From contig JBCCBN010000023.1 of the NCBI GenBank assembly GCA_039034035.1, positions 1 through 26,122 on the forward strand: a stretch of DNA of 26,122 nt, written 5' to 3'. Under the pieces are notes generated by a model that saw only the letters and a list, made by a program, of their open reading frames with translations, was not told where the DNA came from and searched no databases. The DNA is from Pseudomonadota bacterium (lineage in GTDB: Bacteria; Pseudomonadota; Alphaproteobacteria; Caulobacterales; Hyphomonadaceae). Positions 1 through 8,261 of this stretch are shown here, piece by piece (within the stretch, counting starts at the first letter, position 1; the number at the start of each line of letters is the position of its first letter). The position numbers were made by a program, and so were the translations under genes.

Positions 1-685
1 GGCGCCCCCTCCCAAGCCTCCCCCCACCGCGCCCATGCTATTGTCCCCCCATGGATCTCCTCATTCTCCTCTGTGTGTGTTTGCCCGTGCTGGCCGGTCT
101 TCGGATCGGCTGGCCGGCTGCGCATGGGCGGCGCTTGATTGACCTTCACGGGACCGGCGACAGGCCGGCAAGCTCTGGGCGGCGCGCGGCCGACCGGGCG
201 GAGCATCCATTGGGTTCGGTTCGGGTTTCACACCGGGCGTCCGCGCCGCCCCCCGCGCTGGAAAACACGCGCGCCCATCACGGCCTTCGGGCCGATGGGC
301 GCCGGCCAGTCGCGGCTCCCCGGCATGGGCACACGCCCCCGCCGGGCAATGCTGTTTGGCGGCGCCATGCCTCGCCATCGGTCACGATCACATCACGCGC
401 GGGCGCCACGGGCGTCCAGGCCGGGGCCACGGCTCCGGGCCCTCATGCGCGCGGTGTTTCCGGGCGGCCAGCTATGCCAGCCACGCCCGCTCCATCGGTC
501 CTGCACGCCGCCTAGAGGCCCCAGGACCCGCACAGCCCCTACCGGACGCGCCAAGGCGCGGACCGAACAAACCTGCTGGAAAAAACAAACCCGGGTGCGA
601 AGCGCGAACAAAGGGCAAGGCCCGCCGGGCGGTCAGCCCGCCCCCGCGGAGGCGAAGGCGAAGCCGACAGCCGTGAGCGAAATAA

Positions 686-1378
686 CTACTCGCTGTACCG
701 GTATCCCACGCCATACAGCGTCTCGATACTATCGAACTCGCCATCCACCTCGCGGAATTTCTTCCGCAGGCGCTTGATATGGCTGTCAATGGTCCGGTCG
801 TCCACATAGATCTGGTCGTCATAGGCCGCGTCCATCAGCTGGTCGCGGGATTTCACATAGCCGGGTCGTTGGGCCAGGCTCTGCAGGATCAGGAATTCGG
901 TCACCGTCAGGCGCACCGGATGGCCGTCCCAGGAGACCGCGTGCCGGTTCGGGTCCAGCGTCAGCCGGCCGCGCACGATGGGCTTGGCGTCGCCCTCCTC
1001 GCTGCCTGGCGCCCCGCCCCGGGCCCGGCGCAAAACCGCCTTCACACGGGTCGCCAGCAGCCGGTTCGAGCACGGCTTACGCACAAAATCATCGGCGCCG
1101 ATATTGAAGCCGATCACCTCGTCGATCTCCTCATCCTTGGAGGTCAGGAAGATCACCGGCAATTCCGAGCCCTGGCGCACCCGGCGCAACAGCTCCATCC
1201 CGTCCATCTTGGGCATCTTCACGTCGAGAATGGCGATATCGGGCTGGTTTTCCGTCAGCCCCTGAAGAGCCGCTTCGCCGTCATAATAGGTGCGGACCTG
1301 GTAGCCCTCGGCCTCGAAAAAGATCTTCAGGGACGCAACAATATTCTCGTCATCATCCACAAGTGCGATGGTGGCCAT
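686..1378 (-). CDS. chvI: OmpR-family two-component response regulator ChvI
   Basis: 230 aa. The receiver domain reads [13 protein letters not shown]...[17 protein letters not shown]...[14 protein letters not shown]...GADDF. The C-terminal winged helix reads [17 protein letters not shown]...[17 protein letters not shown]...[10 protein letters not shown]. Both match ChvI of Sinorhizobium/Agrobacterium/Caulobacter almost motif-for-motif. Confidence 0.9.
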   Translation of the reverse strand: MATIALVDDDENIVASLKIFFEAEGYQVRTYYDGEAALQGLTENQPDIAILDVKMPKMDGMELLRRVRQGSELPVIFLTSKDEEIDEVIGFNIGADDFVRKPCSNRLLATRVKAVLRRARGGAPGSEEGDAKPIVRGRLTLDPNRHAVSWDGHPVRLTVTEFLILQSLAQRPGYVKSRDQLMDAAYDDQIYVDDRTIDSHIKRLRKKFREVDGEFDSIETLYGVGYRYSE

Positions 1379-1607
1379 GCTCTCCCCTCCATCCTCAACA
1401 ATACCGGCAGCGCCCGTGCAGCGCTTGTAAACGCCAGTTCAACCACGCTTCGATGGCCGGGCAAAGCCCTGCCGTCGAAACCAGCCTCCAGCGCTGGCAA
1501 GACCGGGATGGGGAAAGCTTACGGCAATTTCATGGTTTCCCGCGCCCGCCCCGCCTTGGAAACGCCGCGAACCGTGCTCTCTGGCGTGAGCTGGCCCGGT
1601 CGTTCGT

Positions 1608-2000
1608 CTATTTGGTGGTCGCCTTAGGCGTGCCTTTGGCTTTGCCGTTCCGCTTCCCGCCAGCAGCCTTGGCCTTCAGCGCCACATCCAGCGCCCGCCG
1701 CCCCCAAGCGCTCGCCTCGGCCGGATCATCAGCCGCGGTATCGGGCAGCCGCCAATAGCCCATCACCGCCTGCTCGCCATTCTTGGTGGTGAACACAAAC
1801 GCCTCAGAGCCCTCGACCTCAAGATCGGCCCGAAGTGCTTCATCGACTTTCACGAACACTTCCCCATCGGCCAGCAAGCCAAACATGACCCCATGGAGAT
1901 AGACCCCCGCCCCGCCAAACATCCGCTTGATTGTCACCGTGCCTAAGGGCGCGAAAAGGTCCTCCACCACGTCAAAGAACGGATCGCGCGGTTTCGCCAT
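1608..2000 (-). CDS. TfoX N-terminal domain protein (Sxy/TfoX_N family)
   Basis: 130 aa with the diagnostic KRMFGGAGVYLHGVMFGLLADGEVFVKVDE core, followed by a Lys/Ala-rich tail. Its ATG lies 3 nt after the stop of the upstream SPFH gene, so the two are translationally coupled. Confidence 0.75.
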   Translation of the reverse strand: MAKPRDPFFDVVEDLFAPLGTVTIKRMFGGAGVYLHGVMFGLLADGEVFVKVDEALRADLEVEGSEAFVFTTKNGEQAVMGYWRLPDTAADDPAEASAWGRRALDVALKAKAAGGKRNGKAKGTPKATTK

Positions 2001-2003
2001 GGC

Positions 2004-3173
2004 CTAGTCCCCCTCGCCAGGTCCGGACGCTGTATCGGCGCCCCGCCGGGCCAGGGTCACCAGATTGTTCACCAGCCCATCCAGCCCCTGCCCGGTCGCA
2101 GATGTCGTCACATCCAGCCGCCCGATCTTCTCGGTCAGCTTCTCCAGCGTCTCCAGCTCCTTCAGCCGCAGCAGCAGCGGATTGTTCTCCATCAACCGGG
2201 CCGTATTCAGCAGCGACCGCGTAGCGGCGGTCTCCTCGTGCCGGCGGATCAGATTCGCCTGCGCCTGTTTTTCCGCCTCCACCACCCGGTTCAGGATCTC
2301 CCGCATATCGCCGGGCAGGATCACATCCTTCAACCCGACGGACTGAACCTCGATGCCAAGATCGTCCAGCGCATCAAGCGACGCCACCGCATGGGTAAGT
2401 TCTCCATCCAGGCTGCCACGCGCATCCAGCAATCCACCCAGCGTCCGCCGCGCGACCGCATCCCGGATCGCAAACTGGATATAGCGATAGAGCGCGTCCT
2501 TAAGGTCCTTCGCCTGACCCGCTTTCTCGGGATCAGACACCCGCCAGAAGGCTGAGAGCGTTACCCGAACCGAGACCCGGTCCTCGGTCAGGATTTCCTG
2601 CGCAGTGACCTCAAGTCCCTGCCCACGCATATCAACCACAGTGAACGCCACCGCCTGCACCCCCGTCCAGGCGCCATGCCGACCTGGCCCGAGAACGGTG
2701 CGCAAGGCTCCATCCACATGCATCAACGCCTTGTGCCCGACCGGAACAGATTGAACCGAAACCAGTCCAGGCGCCACCCACTCGAATGCGGCAATGTCCT
2801 TTCCGGCGAGCATCGGGGCGTCAGCAATATCGACGATCTCTGCCGAATGTTCCGCCAAGGCCTGCCAGTACGCGCGCCTTTCCCGCGGTGGCACCACATC
2901 GATAACCCGCGTGCCGGCCCGGATGATCCCCACCGAAACCTCGCCCGGCTCCACCACGAGGAAATGTTTCGCCACCAGGTCGGGCCGGTCCCGCTCGATC
3001 GCCTCGAACCGCACGCCGGAATAAACGGGGTGGCGCACGTCCTGGATTTCCACGCGCGTCCGCGGTTCCCGGCCGATCCGATGCCGCCCCGGCCCAAGCA
3101 CGTCCCGAACCCGTCCATCCCGTATCAGCAGGGCCCGCTGGTGGTCTTCAATCGTCACGTGCCGCCGAAACAT
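2004..3173 (-). CDS. SPFH/Band-7 (stomatin/slipin-like) domain protein, no N-terminal TM segment
   Basis: The Band-7 core reads TAQEILTEDRVSVRVTLSAFWRVSDPEKA...YRYIQFAIRDAVARRTLGGLLDARGSLDGEL...LGIEVQSVGLKDVILPGDMREILNRVVEAEKQAQANLIRRHEETAA, followed by a coiled-coil tail. Start chosen at ATG 3173 (MFRRHV..., GGAG at -11). The longer ORF to 3200 would begin with TTG. Confidence 0.75.
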   Translation of the reverse strand: MFRRHVTIEDHQRALLIRDGRVRDVLGPGRHRIGREPRTRVEIQDVRHPVYSGVRFEAIERDRPDLVAKHFLVVEPGEVSVGIIRAGTRVIDVVPPRERRAYWQALAEHSAEIVDIADAPMLAGKDIAAFEWVAPGLVSVQSVPVGHKALMHVDGALRTVLGPGRHGAWTGVQAVAFTVVDMRGQGLEVTAQEILTEDRVSVRVTLSAFWRVSDPEKAGQAKDLKDALYRYIQFAIRDAVARRTLGGLLDARGSLDGELTHAVASLDALDDLGIEVQSVGLKDVILPGDMREILNRVVEAEKQAQANLIRRHEETAATRSLLNTARLMENNPLLLRLKELETLEKLTEKIGRLDVTTSATGQGLDGLVNNLVTLARRGADTASGPGEGD

Positions 3174-3507
3174 CGGGTGTTCTCCAGATAACAGATCCAA
3201 CGGCCTAGCCGATGCGGTTGCCCTTCGCCAAGCGGCAAAGAGAGAACCAGGTCCGCCTCAATCGAACGCCTGCGGGCCATCCGGCATCCACGGACGGGCA
3301 GCGGGGCCTTTCGACGATGCGTCGCCAGCCTTGGCCAACGCGGCACCGCGCCGGTTCCCCACCAGCCGACCATCTCCGCCAGCGGCACAAGGCCGGCGCT
3401 CAATTTGCCGCTCGATGCTGCCCGCTCCCGAAGGATTGGACCGCACCGTCGGCTGAGGGGACCCGGCCTCCCCGATCATTGGACGAGGTTTCTTTCGAAG
3501 ACCTCGG

Positions 3508-3580
3508 GAGTTGCTGAAGGAATCGAACCTTCTACCGTCAGATTAAGAGTCTGATGCTCTACCAGATGAGCTAAGCAACA
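3508..3580 (-). tRNA. tRNA-Lys (anticodon CUU)
   Basis: The reverse complement folds as a cloverleaf. D-arm GCTC/ATCTGGTA/GAGC. Anticodon stem TCAGA/TCTGA with loop CTCTTAA, so positions 34-36 are CTT. Variable loop CGGTA. T-arm GAAGG/TTCGATT/CCTTC. Acceptor TGTTGCT/AGCAACT has 6 base pairs plus a T:T mismatch at 1:72. Discriminator C. No CCA is encoded; the gene is followed by CCG. Confidence 0.8.
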
Positions 3581-4064
3581 TGCGCGTGTGAGGCACATGT
3601 GGTGGCTTTGAAGACTGGAATACGAAACTGGCAGTGCCGCCCGCACCGGCGGGGTCCGGAAGCCCCAACCAAAGTCCAGAAAACCGCGAAAAGACTAGCG
3701 CCGAACTGCCTGCGGTTCCACCCCCATAAGACCCGCTAACGGCTCCTATCCCGACACCTAGACGTCCCAGCGTCCAGCCACGTCTATCTTGACCCAAACG
3801 GACGACGAAACCTTAGGTCGTACGCTTCGTGTTATAGGAGTTTCGGTGGTCGGTCCGTGGTCAATCACGCAAATCCATCACTGATCGTAGCGTATTCCGA
3901 AAAAAGTGCGAAGTGCCGACCGCGCAATCAACGCCTCGCGACGAGCCGCTTGGCCTGCCCCGGACGGACGCATCAGGATTTAGCCGAACGGATCGTTCCG
4001 CACTCAAAATGACATCTACCCACAGAATTCGGGCCGATCCCACGAGCGCTCCTACGACCCATCC

Positions 4065-4373
4065 TCATGTCGCCCCGCCTGGCCCCGTCGCCTCTTTCCC
4101 GGGCAGCCCGAGCCGATACACGCCCTTGAAACCGTCTGGATCAACCGCTCGCCCCTTTCGGTAGATCGCAATCGTTCCTGCCTTCGCGAGCCGGACCGCC
4201 TCGGCTCTCACTTCGGGCAAGACGCTGCGCCAGTTCGCCGGGCTAACGACCTTCGCCGCCTCGGTTGGACAGATCGTCTTTCCGATACCCCGGACCTCAA
4301 CCAGTTCAAGAATCGCTGCGTGCACCGGCTTGCGGGCAGGTTCGTCGCTGCTTTCAGCCATCGATTGCGGCAT
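4065..4373 (-). CDS. DUF3253 domain protein
   Basis: 102 aa. The segment HAAILELVEVRGIGKTICPTEAAKVV...WRSVLPEVRAEAVRLAKAGTIAIYRKGRAVDPDGFKGVYRLGLP matches the conserved DUF3253 pattern (GKTICPSE...W...V..AA..LA..G.I...QKG..VDP). Overlaps the upstream hydrolase gene by 20 nt. Confidence 0.65.
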   Translation of the reverse strand: MPQSMAESSDEPARKPVHAAILELVEVRGIGKTICPTEAAKVVSPANWRSVLPEVRAEAVRLAKAGTIAIYRKGRAVDPDGFKGVYRLGLPGKEATGPGGAT

Positions 4374-5589
4374 AGACCAATTGCTGGAATTGCGGCCGGA
4401 TCGGAAAACACCCTGAGGGGATCATTTGGGTCATCTGGATCGCGACCAGGTCTTCCACCGGATCGATCCAGAAGAAGGTGTTCGCCAGCCCGCCCCAACT
4501 GAACGTGCCCAGCGAACCGGGCGACAGCGTTTCGGCGACATCGACAACAACGCTGCCGCCCAGGCCAAAGCCGTTCCCCTCCATCCGCGCTTCGGAGAAG
4601 GTCCTGTCGCCCATTTCCTTGATCGTCTGATTTCCCGGTAGATGGTTCAGGGTCATGAATTCCACGGTCTTGGGCGACAGAAGGCGGACATCTCCTCGCC
4701 GGCCGCCATTCAAGAGGCACTGGCAGAACTTAAGGTAATCCCGCGGCGTCGATACCAACCCGCCACCGGCATTCAGCAAAGGCGGCTGGCTCCGATAGAG
4801 CCGGCTTTCCGGCCCTCCGCCATCGCTGAGACTGATCTCGCCCGTCTCGGGATCGCGGGCATAACAAGCCATGAGGCGCGACAGCTTGGCCTCGGGAACG
4901 AAGAAATCGGTGTCCGCCATGCCGAGCGGTCCGAAAATCCTTTCGCGGAAGAACGCATCGAGCGTCTTGCCCGACGCGACTTCGACAATCCGGCCCAGCA
5001 CATCTGTCGAGTGGCCATAATTCCAGCGCGTTCCGGGCGAGAAGACCAGCGGCAGGGCCGCGAGCCGGTTGCACATCGCTTCGAGGGTTTCATCCGGTCG
5101 GGCGATCTTGTGCTCGCGATAAAGCGCATCCACCTCGGTCTGCATGAGGAACCCATAGGTCAGCCCCGACGTGTGGGTGAAAAGATCCCGCACCTGCATG
5201 GATCGGTCGGCGGGGCGGGTCTTGATACCATCGGGTCCTGCGCCATCGAAGACTTCGGTGCCGGCAAAAGCGGGGATATAGCGCGAAACCTCGTGGTCGA
5301 GCCGGATTGCGCCTGCCTCGAACAACATCATCGCAGCGACGGAAGTGATCGGCTTGGTCATCGAATAGATGCGGAAAATCGTATCTGAGTCGATGGATTG
5401 ATTACCGCCCAGCTCAGTACAGCCCCGATAGGCCTCGTGAACCACCGTGCCTTCCCGTGCCACCAGAGTGGCCATGGCGGGGAGTTTGCCGCTGCTGATA
5501 TAGGCGGACGCGAAGAAGTCCGGGATGGCATCGAGCCGCGCCGCATCCATGTTCATTGCGGCCGGTGCCGCCCCGCTTAAATCGTCCAA
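4354..5589 (-). CDS. serine hydrolase, class-C beta-lactamase/esterase family (PBP4*-like)
   Basis: 411 aa. The active-site S-x-x-K lies within FRIYSMTKPITSVAAMMLFEAG. YGHSTDVLG and a WGG...G motif follow, as is typical of AmpC-related esterases/transpeptidases. The start could be the internal M (MNMDAARLD). Confidence 0.8.
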   Translation of the reverse strand: MDDLSGAAPAAMNMDAARLDAIPDFFASAYISSGKLPAMATLVAREGTVVHEAYRGCTELGGNQSIDSDTIFRIYSMTKPITSVAAMMLFEAGAIRLDHEVSRYIPAFAGTEVFDGAGPDGIKTRPADRSMQVRDLFTHTSGLTYGFLMQTEVDALYREHKIARPDETLEAMCNRLAALPLVFSPGTRWNYGHSTDVLGRIVEVASGKTLDAFFRERIFGPLGMADTDFFVPEAKLSRLMACYARDPETGEISLSDGGGPESRLYRSQPPLLNAGGGLVSTPRDYLKFCQCLLNGGRRGDVRLLSPKTVEFMTLNHLPGNQTIKEMGDRTFSEARMEGNGFGLGGSVVVDVAETLSPGSLGTFSWGGLANTFFWIDPVEDLVAIQMTQMIPSGCFPIRPQFQQLVYAAIDG

Positions 5590-5654
5590 TCATGCCTCCC
5601 AGGCGTTTATTCTCATCATCTCATCTGTTCCATCCATTCGCGGAACCCAGCTCC

Positions 5655-6815
5655 CTACAATGCGCCGGCCTTGGCCTGCTTGGCCAGTTCGCGGCCAATG
5701 ATGATCTGCTGGATCTGGGTTGTGCCCTCATACAGCCGAAAGATTCGAACATCGCGATAGAACCGCTCGATACCATAGTCCGCCACATAGCCGGCCCCAC
5801 CGAATACCTGCACCGCCCGGTCGGCCACCCGGCCCACCATTTCCGAAGCGAACAGTTTGCACGATGAAGCGAGCATGGTGACGCTTTCGCCCGCGTCGCG
5901 CCGGCGGGCCGCATCCAGAACCATGCATTTGGCGGCATAGGTTTCGGCCTGGCTGTCGGCCATCATTGCCTGGATCAGTTGGTGGTCAGCCAGCGGCTTG
6001 CCGAATTGCTGGCGCTCCACCGCATAGGTCGCCATCTCCTTTACCAGCCGCTCGGCGACGCCCACGCACACTGCAGAGATGTGCAGCCGGCCCTTGTCCA
6101 GTACGCTCATGGCCACCTTGAACCCCTCACCTTCGCCGCCGATCCGGTTTTCCACAGGCACCCTGGCGCCCTCGAATATCACGTCGCAGATATGGGCGCC
6201 CTGTTGGCCCATCTTCTTCTCCGGCGCGCCGATAGAAATGCCGGGCGTGGCGCGGTCGACGACGAAAGCCGAAACGCCCTTGGCGCCAGGCGTACTGGGG
6301 TCAGTGCGCGCCAGAACGGTGAATACATCCGCAACGTTCGCATTGGTGATATAGCGCTTGGTCCCGTCGAGGACATAGTGGTCGCCATCGCGAATTGCGC
6401 GGGTTTGAAGGCTGCCTGCGTCTGATCCGGCCTCCGGTTCGGTAAGGGCGAAGCTGGCAATCAAATCACCGGATGCGATGCCCGGCAGGTATTTCTCTTT
6501 TTGCGCATTGGTACCGAACAGGACCAGGGCCTGGCTGCCGATCCCGACATTCGTTCCGACAACCGATCGGAACGCTGGGCTTGTGTGACCCAGTTCCATG
6601 GCCACCAGGCACTCGGTCTCCATATCGAGACCCAGCCCACCATAGGCTTCCGGCACCGCTATTCCAAACAGGCCAAGTTCCTTCATGGTGTCGACCACGC
6701 CGGGCGGCACCATGTCTTCATCGCCGACCTGGCCCTCGATCGGGATGCAAGTTTCGGTGACGAAACGGCGCACCGTCTCGATCAGCGCCGCACGGAGTTC
6801 GGTATCAAATGCCAT
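5655..6815 (-). CDS. acyl-CoA dehydrogenase
   Basis: ACAD hallmarks throughout. N-terminal alpha domain ends in GLFGIAVPEAYGGLGLD. Middle beta-barrel contains LTEPEAGSDAGSLQTRA...YVLDGTKRYITNA. C-terminal region has QVFGGAGYVADYGIERFYRDVRIFRLYEGTTQIQ. Start taken at MAFDTEL (ATG 6815, GGGAG at -10). The ORF extends in frame to 6866. Confidence 0.9.
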   Translation of the reverse strand: MAFDTELRAALIETVRRFVTETCIPIEGQVGDEDMVPPGVVDTMKELGLFGIAVPEAYGGLGLDMETECLVAMELGHTSPAFRSVVGTNVGIGSQALVLFGTNAQKEKYLPGIASGDLIASFALTEPEAGSDAGSLQTRAIRDGDHYVLDGTKRYITNANVADVFTVLARTDPSTPGAKGVSAFVVDRATPGISIGAPEKKMGQQGAHICDVIFEGARVPVENRIGGEGEGFKVAMSVLDKGRLHISAVCVGVAERLVKEMATYAVERQQFGKPLADHQLIQAMMADSQAETYAAKCMVLDAARRRDAGESVTMLASSCKLFASEMVGRVADRAVQVFGGAGYVADYGIERFYRDVRIFRLYEGTTQIQQIIIGRELAKQAKAGAL

Positions 6816-6950
6816 CAGGCGGTCTCCCGGTTCTTGTATCCATCTGCGTGACAGAATAAGCCGCAATCATGGACTTGTCGAAGGTGAAACCGGCTCGGGG
6901 TCTCGCGCCCGTTCGCGCGGTGAGCCAGCAACAGGAATGAGGGGCGGAGC

Positions 6951-7391
6951 ATGGCGACAAAGATCGTCGAAACGGGCGAATTCAGCGGTTGGACCTATTG
7001 GGACAATGAGCCCTTCGAAGCTGAAACAGTCGGTCCGTTCTACTTTCGGGTCGATGAGGCCGGTCCTGTCGCGGCCTTCCGCGCCGAGCGCCGACACATG
7101 AATGCCGGCGGGGTGGTCCATGGCGGTTGCCTCATGGCGTTCGCCGACTTCTCGCTGTTCGCCATCGCCCACACCGCCACCGATGGATATGGGCTGACCG
7201 TGGCCTTCACATCGGAGTTTCTTGCCGGCGCCCAACAGGGCGCCCGCATCGAAGCGCGCGGAGACATTCTTGGCGGTGGACGGTCTATCACATTTGTCCG
7301 CGGCCTGGTTACGACGGATGGCACGCCATGCCTCAATTTCTCTGGAACGATCAAGCGCCGGTCGGGACCGCCGGCAGAGCTCTCCAGCTGA
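6951..7391 (+). CDS. PaaI-family hotdog-fold thioesterase
   Basis: 146 aa. MNAGGVVHGGCLMAFADFSLFAIA contains the HGG motif of PaaI/YbgC-type thioesterases. ...IEARGDILGGGRSITFVRGLV... is the hotdog beta-sheet. Divergent from the ACAD gene. Confidence 0.75.
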   Translation: MATKIVETGEFSGWTYWDNEPFEAETVGPFYFRVDEAGPVAAFRAERRHMNAGGVVHGGCLMAFADFSLFAIAHTATDGYGLTVAFTSEFLAGAQQGARIEARGDILGGGRSITFVRGLVTTDGTPCLNFSGTIKRRSGPPAELSS

Positions 7392-7427
7392 TCGGCCGGC
7401 TTGGAACGGCATCGAACACCCAGGCCC

Positions 7428-8006
7428 TCAGCCCTCAGCCAGCAGGGCGTCCAGCAAGCGGTCGAGCCTGGCAACAAACTGGGCGCGCGGCACGCCCACG
7501 CCCCGGGCCATCACCACGAATTCGGTGCCCCGACATGTGGCCAGGACGTGGCGAGCCGCTTCGATGGGGCGAGTAACGCCGAGGGTTTCGAGCACGTCGG
7601 AGAGAATGGGCTCCATCGTCCGCTGCCAGGCCTTCACTTCCGATGAAAGCCCCGATGAACGGTGGGCCAAGAGCGCCATCTCATACTCTATTGCGGTGAC
7701 CGTGAGTTGGTCCGGCGTGAGAGCGGTGGTGCTGGCGAGGAACTTGACCAAGGCCTCGCGGGTCTCGATCGGCGAAGCGCCGATCGCAGTCGACAGGGTT
7801 TCCTGATAGTCGGCGACGTATTGAGAGAAGGCAGCCGAGATGAGATCGTCCCGCGCGGGAAAGTGATAGCTCACCGTCCCCGGAGAAACGCCGGCGCGCT
7901 GGGCGGCGCTACGGTGCGTCACCTTGTCTATGCCAAGCTCGCCAATGAGGCCCAGCACACCGCGTAAAATCGAGTTCCGGGCTCCCTGTCGCGCTTTCTC
8001 CACCAT
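7428..8006 (-). CDS. TetR/AcrR-family transcriptional regulator
   Basis: 192 aa. N-terminal HTH reads ARNSILRGVLGLIGELGIDKVTHRSAAQRAGVSPGTVSYHFPARDDL. The C-terminal ligand domain is alpha-helical. Divergently oriented from the repeat-protein gene across an AT-rich spacer. Confidence 0.85.
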   Translation of the reverse strand: MVEKARQGARNSILRGVLGLIGELGIDKVTHRSAAQRAGVSPGTVSYHFPARDDLISAAFSQYVADYQETLSTAIGASPIETREALVKFLASTTALTPDQLTVTAIEYEMALLAHRSSGLSSEVKAWQRTMEPILSDVLETLGVTRPIEAARHVLATCRGTEFVVMARGVGVPRAQFVARLDRLLDALLAEG

Positions 8007-8261
8007 ACGCTCCGTCTATCGTCCATCCGCACGAAGTTTGTGCAACAAATATCCGGCCAAGTCAAAACGCAAGTCCAATTTTCTTTTACTCAAGTACTCG
8101 TTTCTCGAAATCTGGAATATCGCGCCTCCATTTCGGGAATCACGCTCCGACGAGCGCATTCGCTTTTGCATGGTCTTTTCAACTCGAATAACAAGCGACC
8201 TCTTTACTTGTGCGTCTATTTCATTCACCAACACTGTAATGATCGAGTTTGGGAGCGGCAC
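8007..8261. promoter_or_regulatory. AT-rich (~40% GC) divergent promoter region between the TetR gene and the repeat-protein gene
   Basis: Runs such as caattttcttttactcaagtactcgtttctcgaaatctggaatatcg and ctctttacttgtgcgtctatttcattcacc contrast sharply with ~65% GC in the flanking DNA. It ends in a GGGAG RBS 6 nt before TTG 8262. Confidence 0.6.

Noticed and set aside
51-777. Long ORFs in several frames at the window start (51..515 +, 139..777 +, 356..676 +, 61..378 -)
   Set aside because: All are Arg/Pro/Gly/Ala-rich, overlap one another in different frames, and lack any domain signature or plausible RBS. This is typical of frame-independent open reading in ~70% GC non-coding DNA. 139..777 also runs antisense into chvI.
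3484-3506. Hairpin cgaggt-ttctttcgaag-acctcg as an independent terminator or regulatory element
   Set aside because: It overlaps the tRNA-Lys 3' trailer and lacks a U-tract on the transcribed strand. It is most simply the tRNA precursor trailer structure.
8040-8261. N-terminal 74 codons of the listed 408-aa ORF (MQQISGQVKT...)
   Set aside because: This stretch is AT-rich promoter-like DNA with no RBS. The signal peptide and a GGGAG RBS appear only at TTG 8262, so the real gene was called from there.
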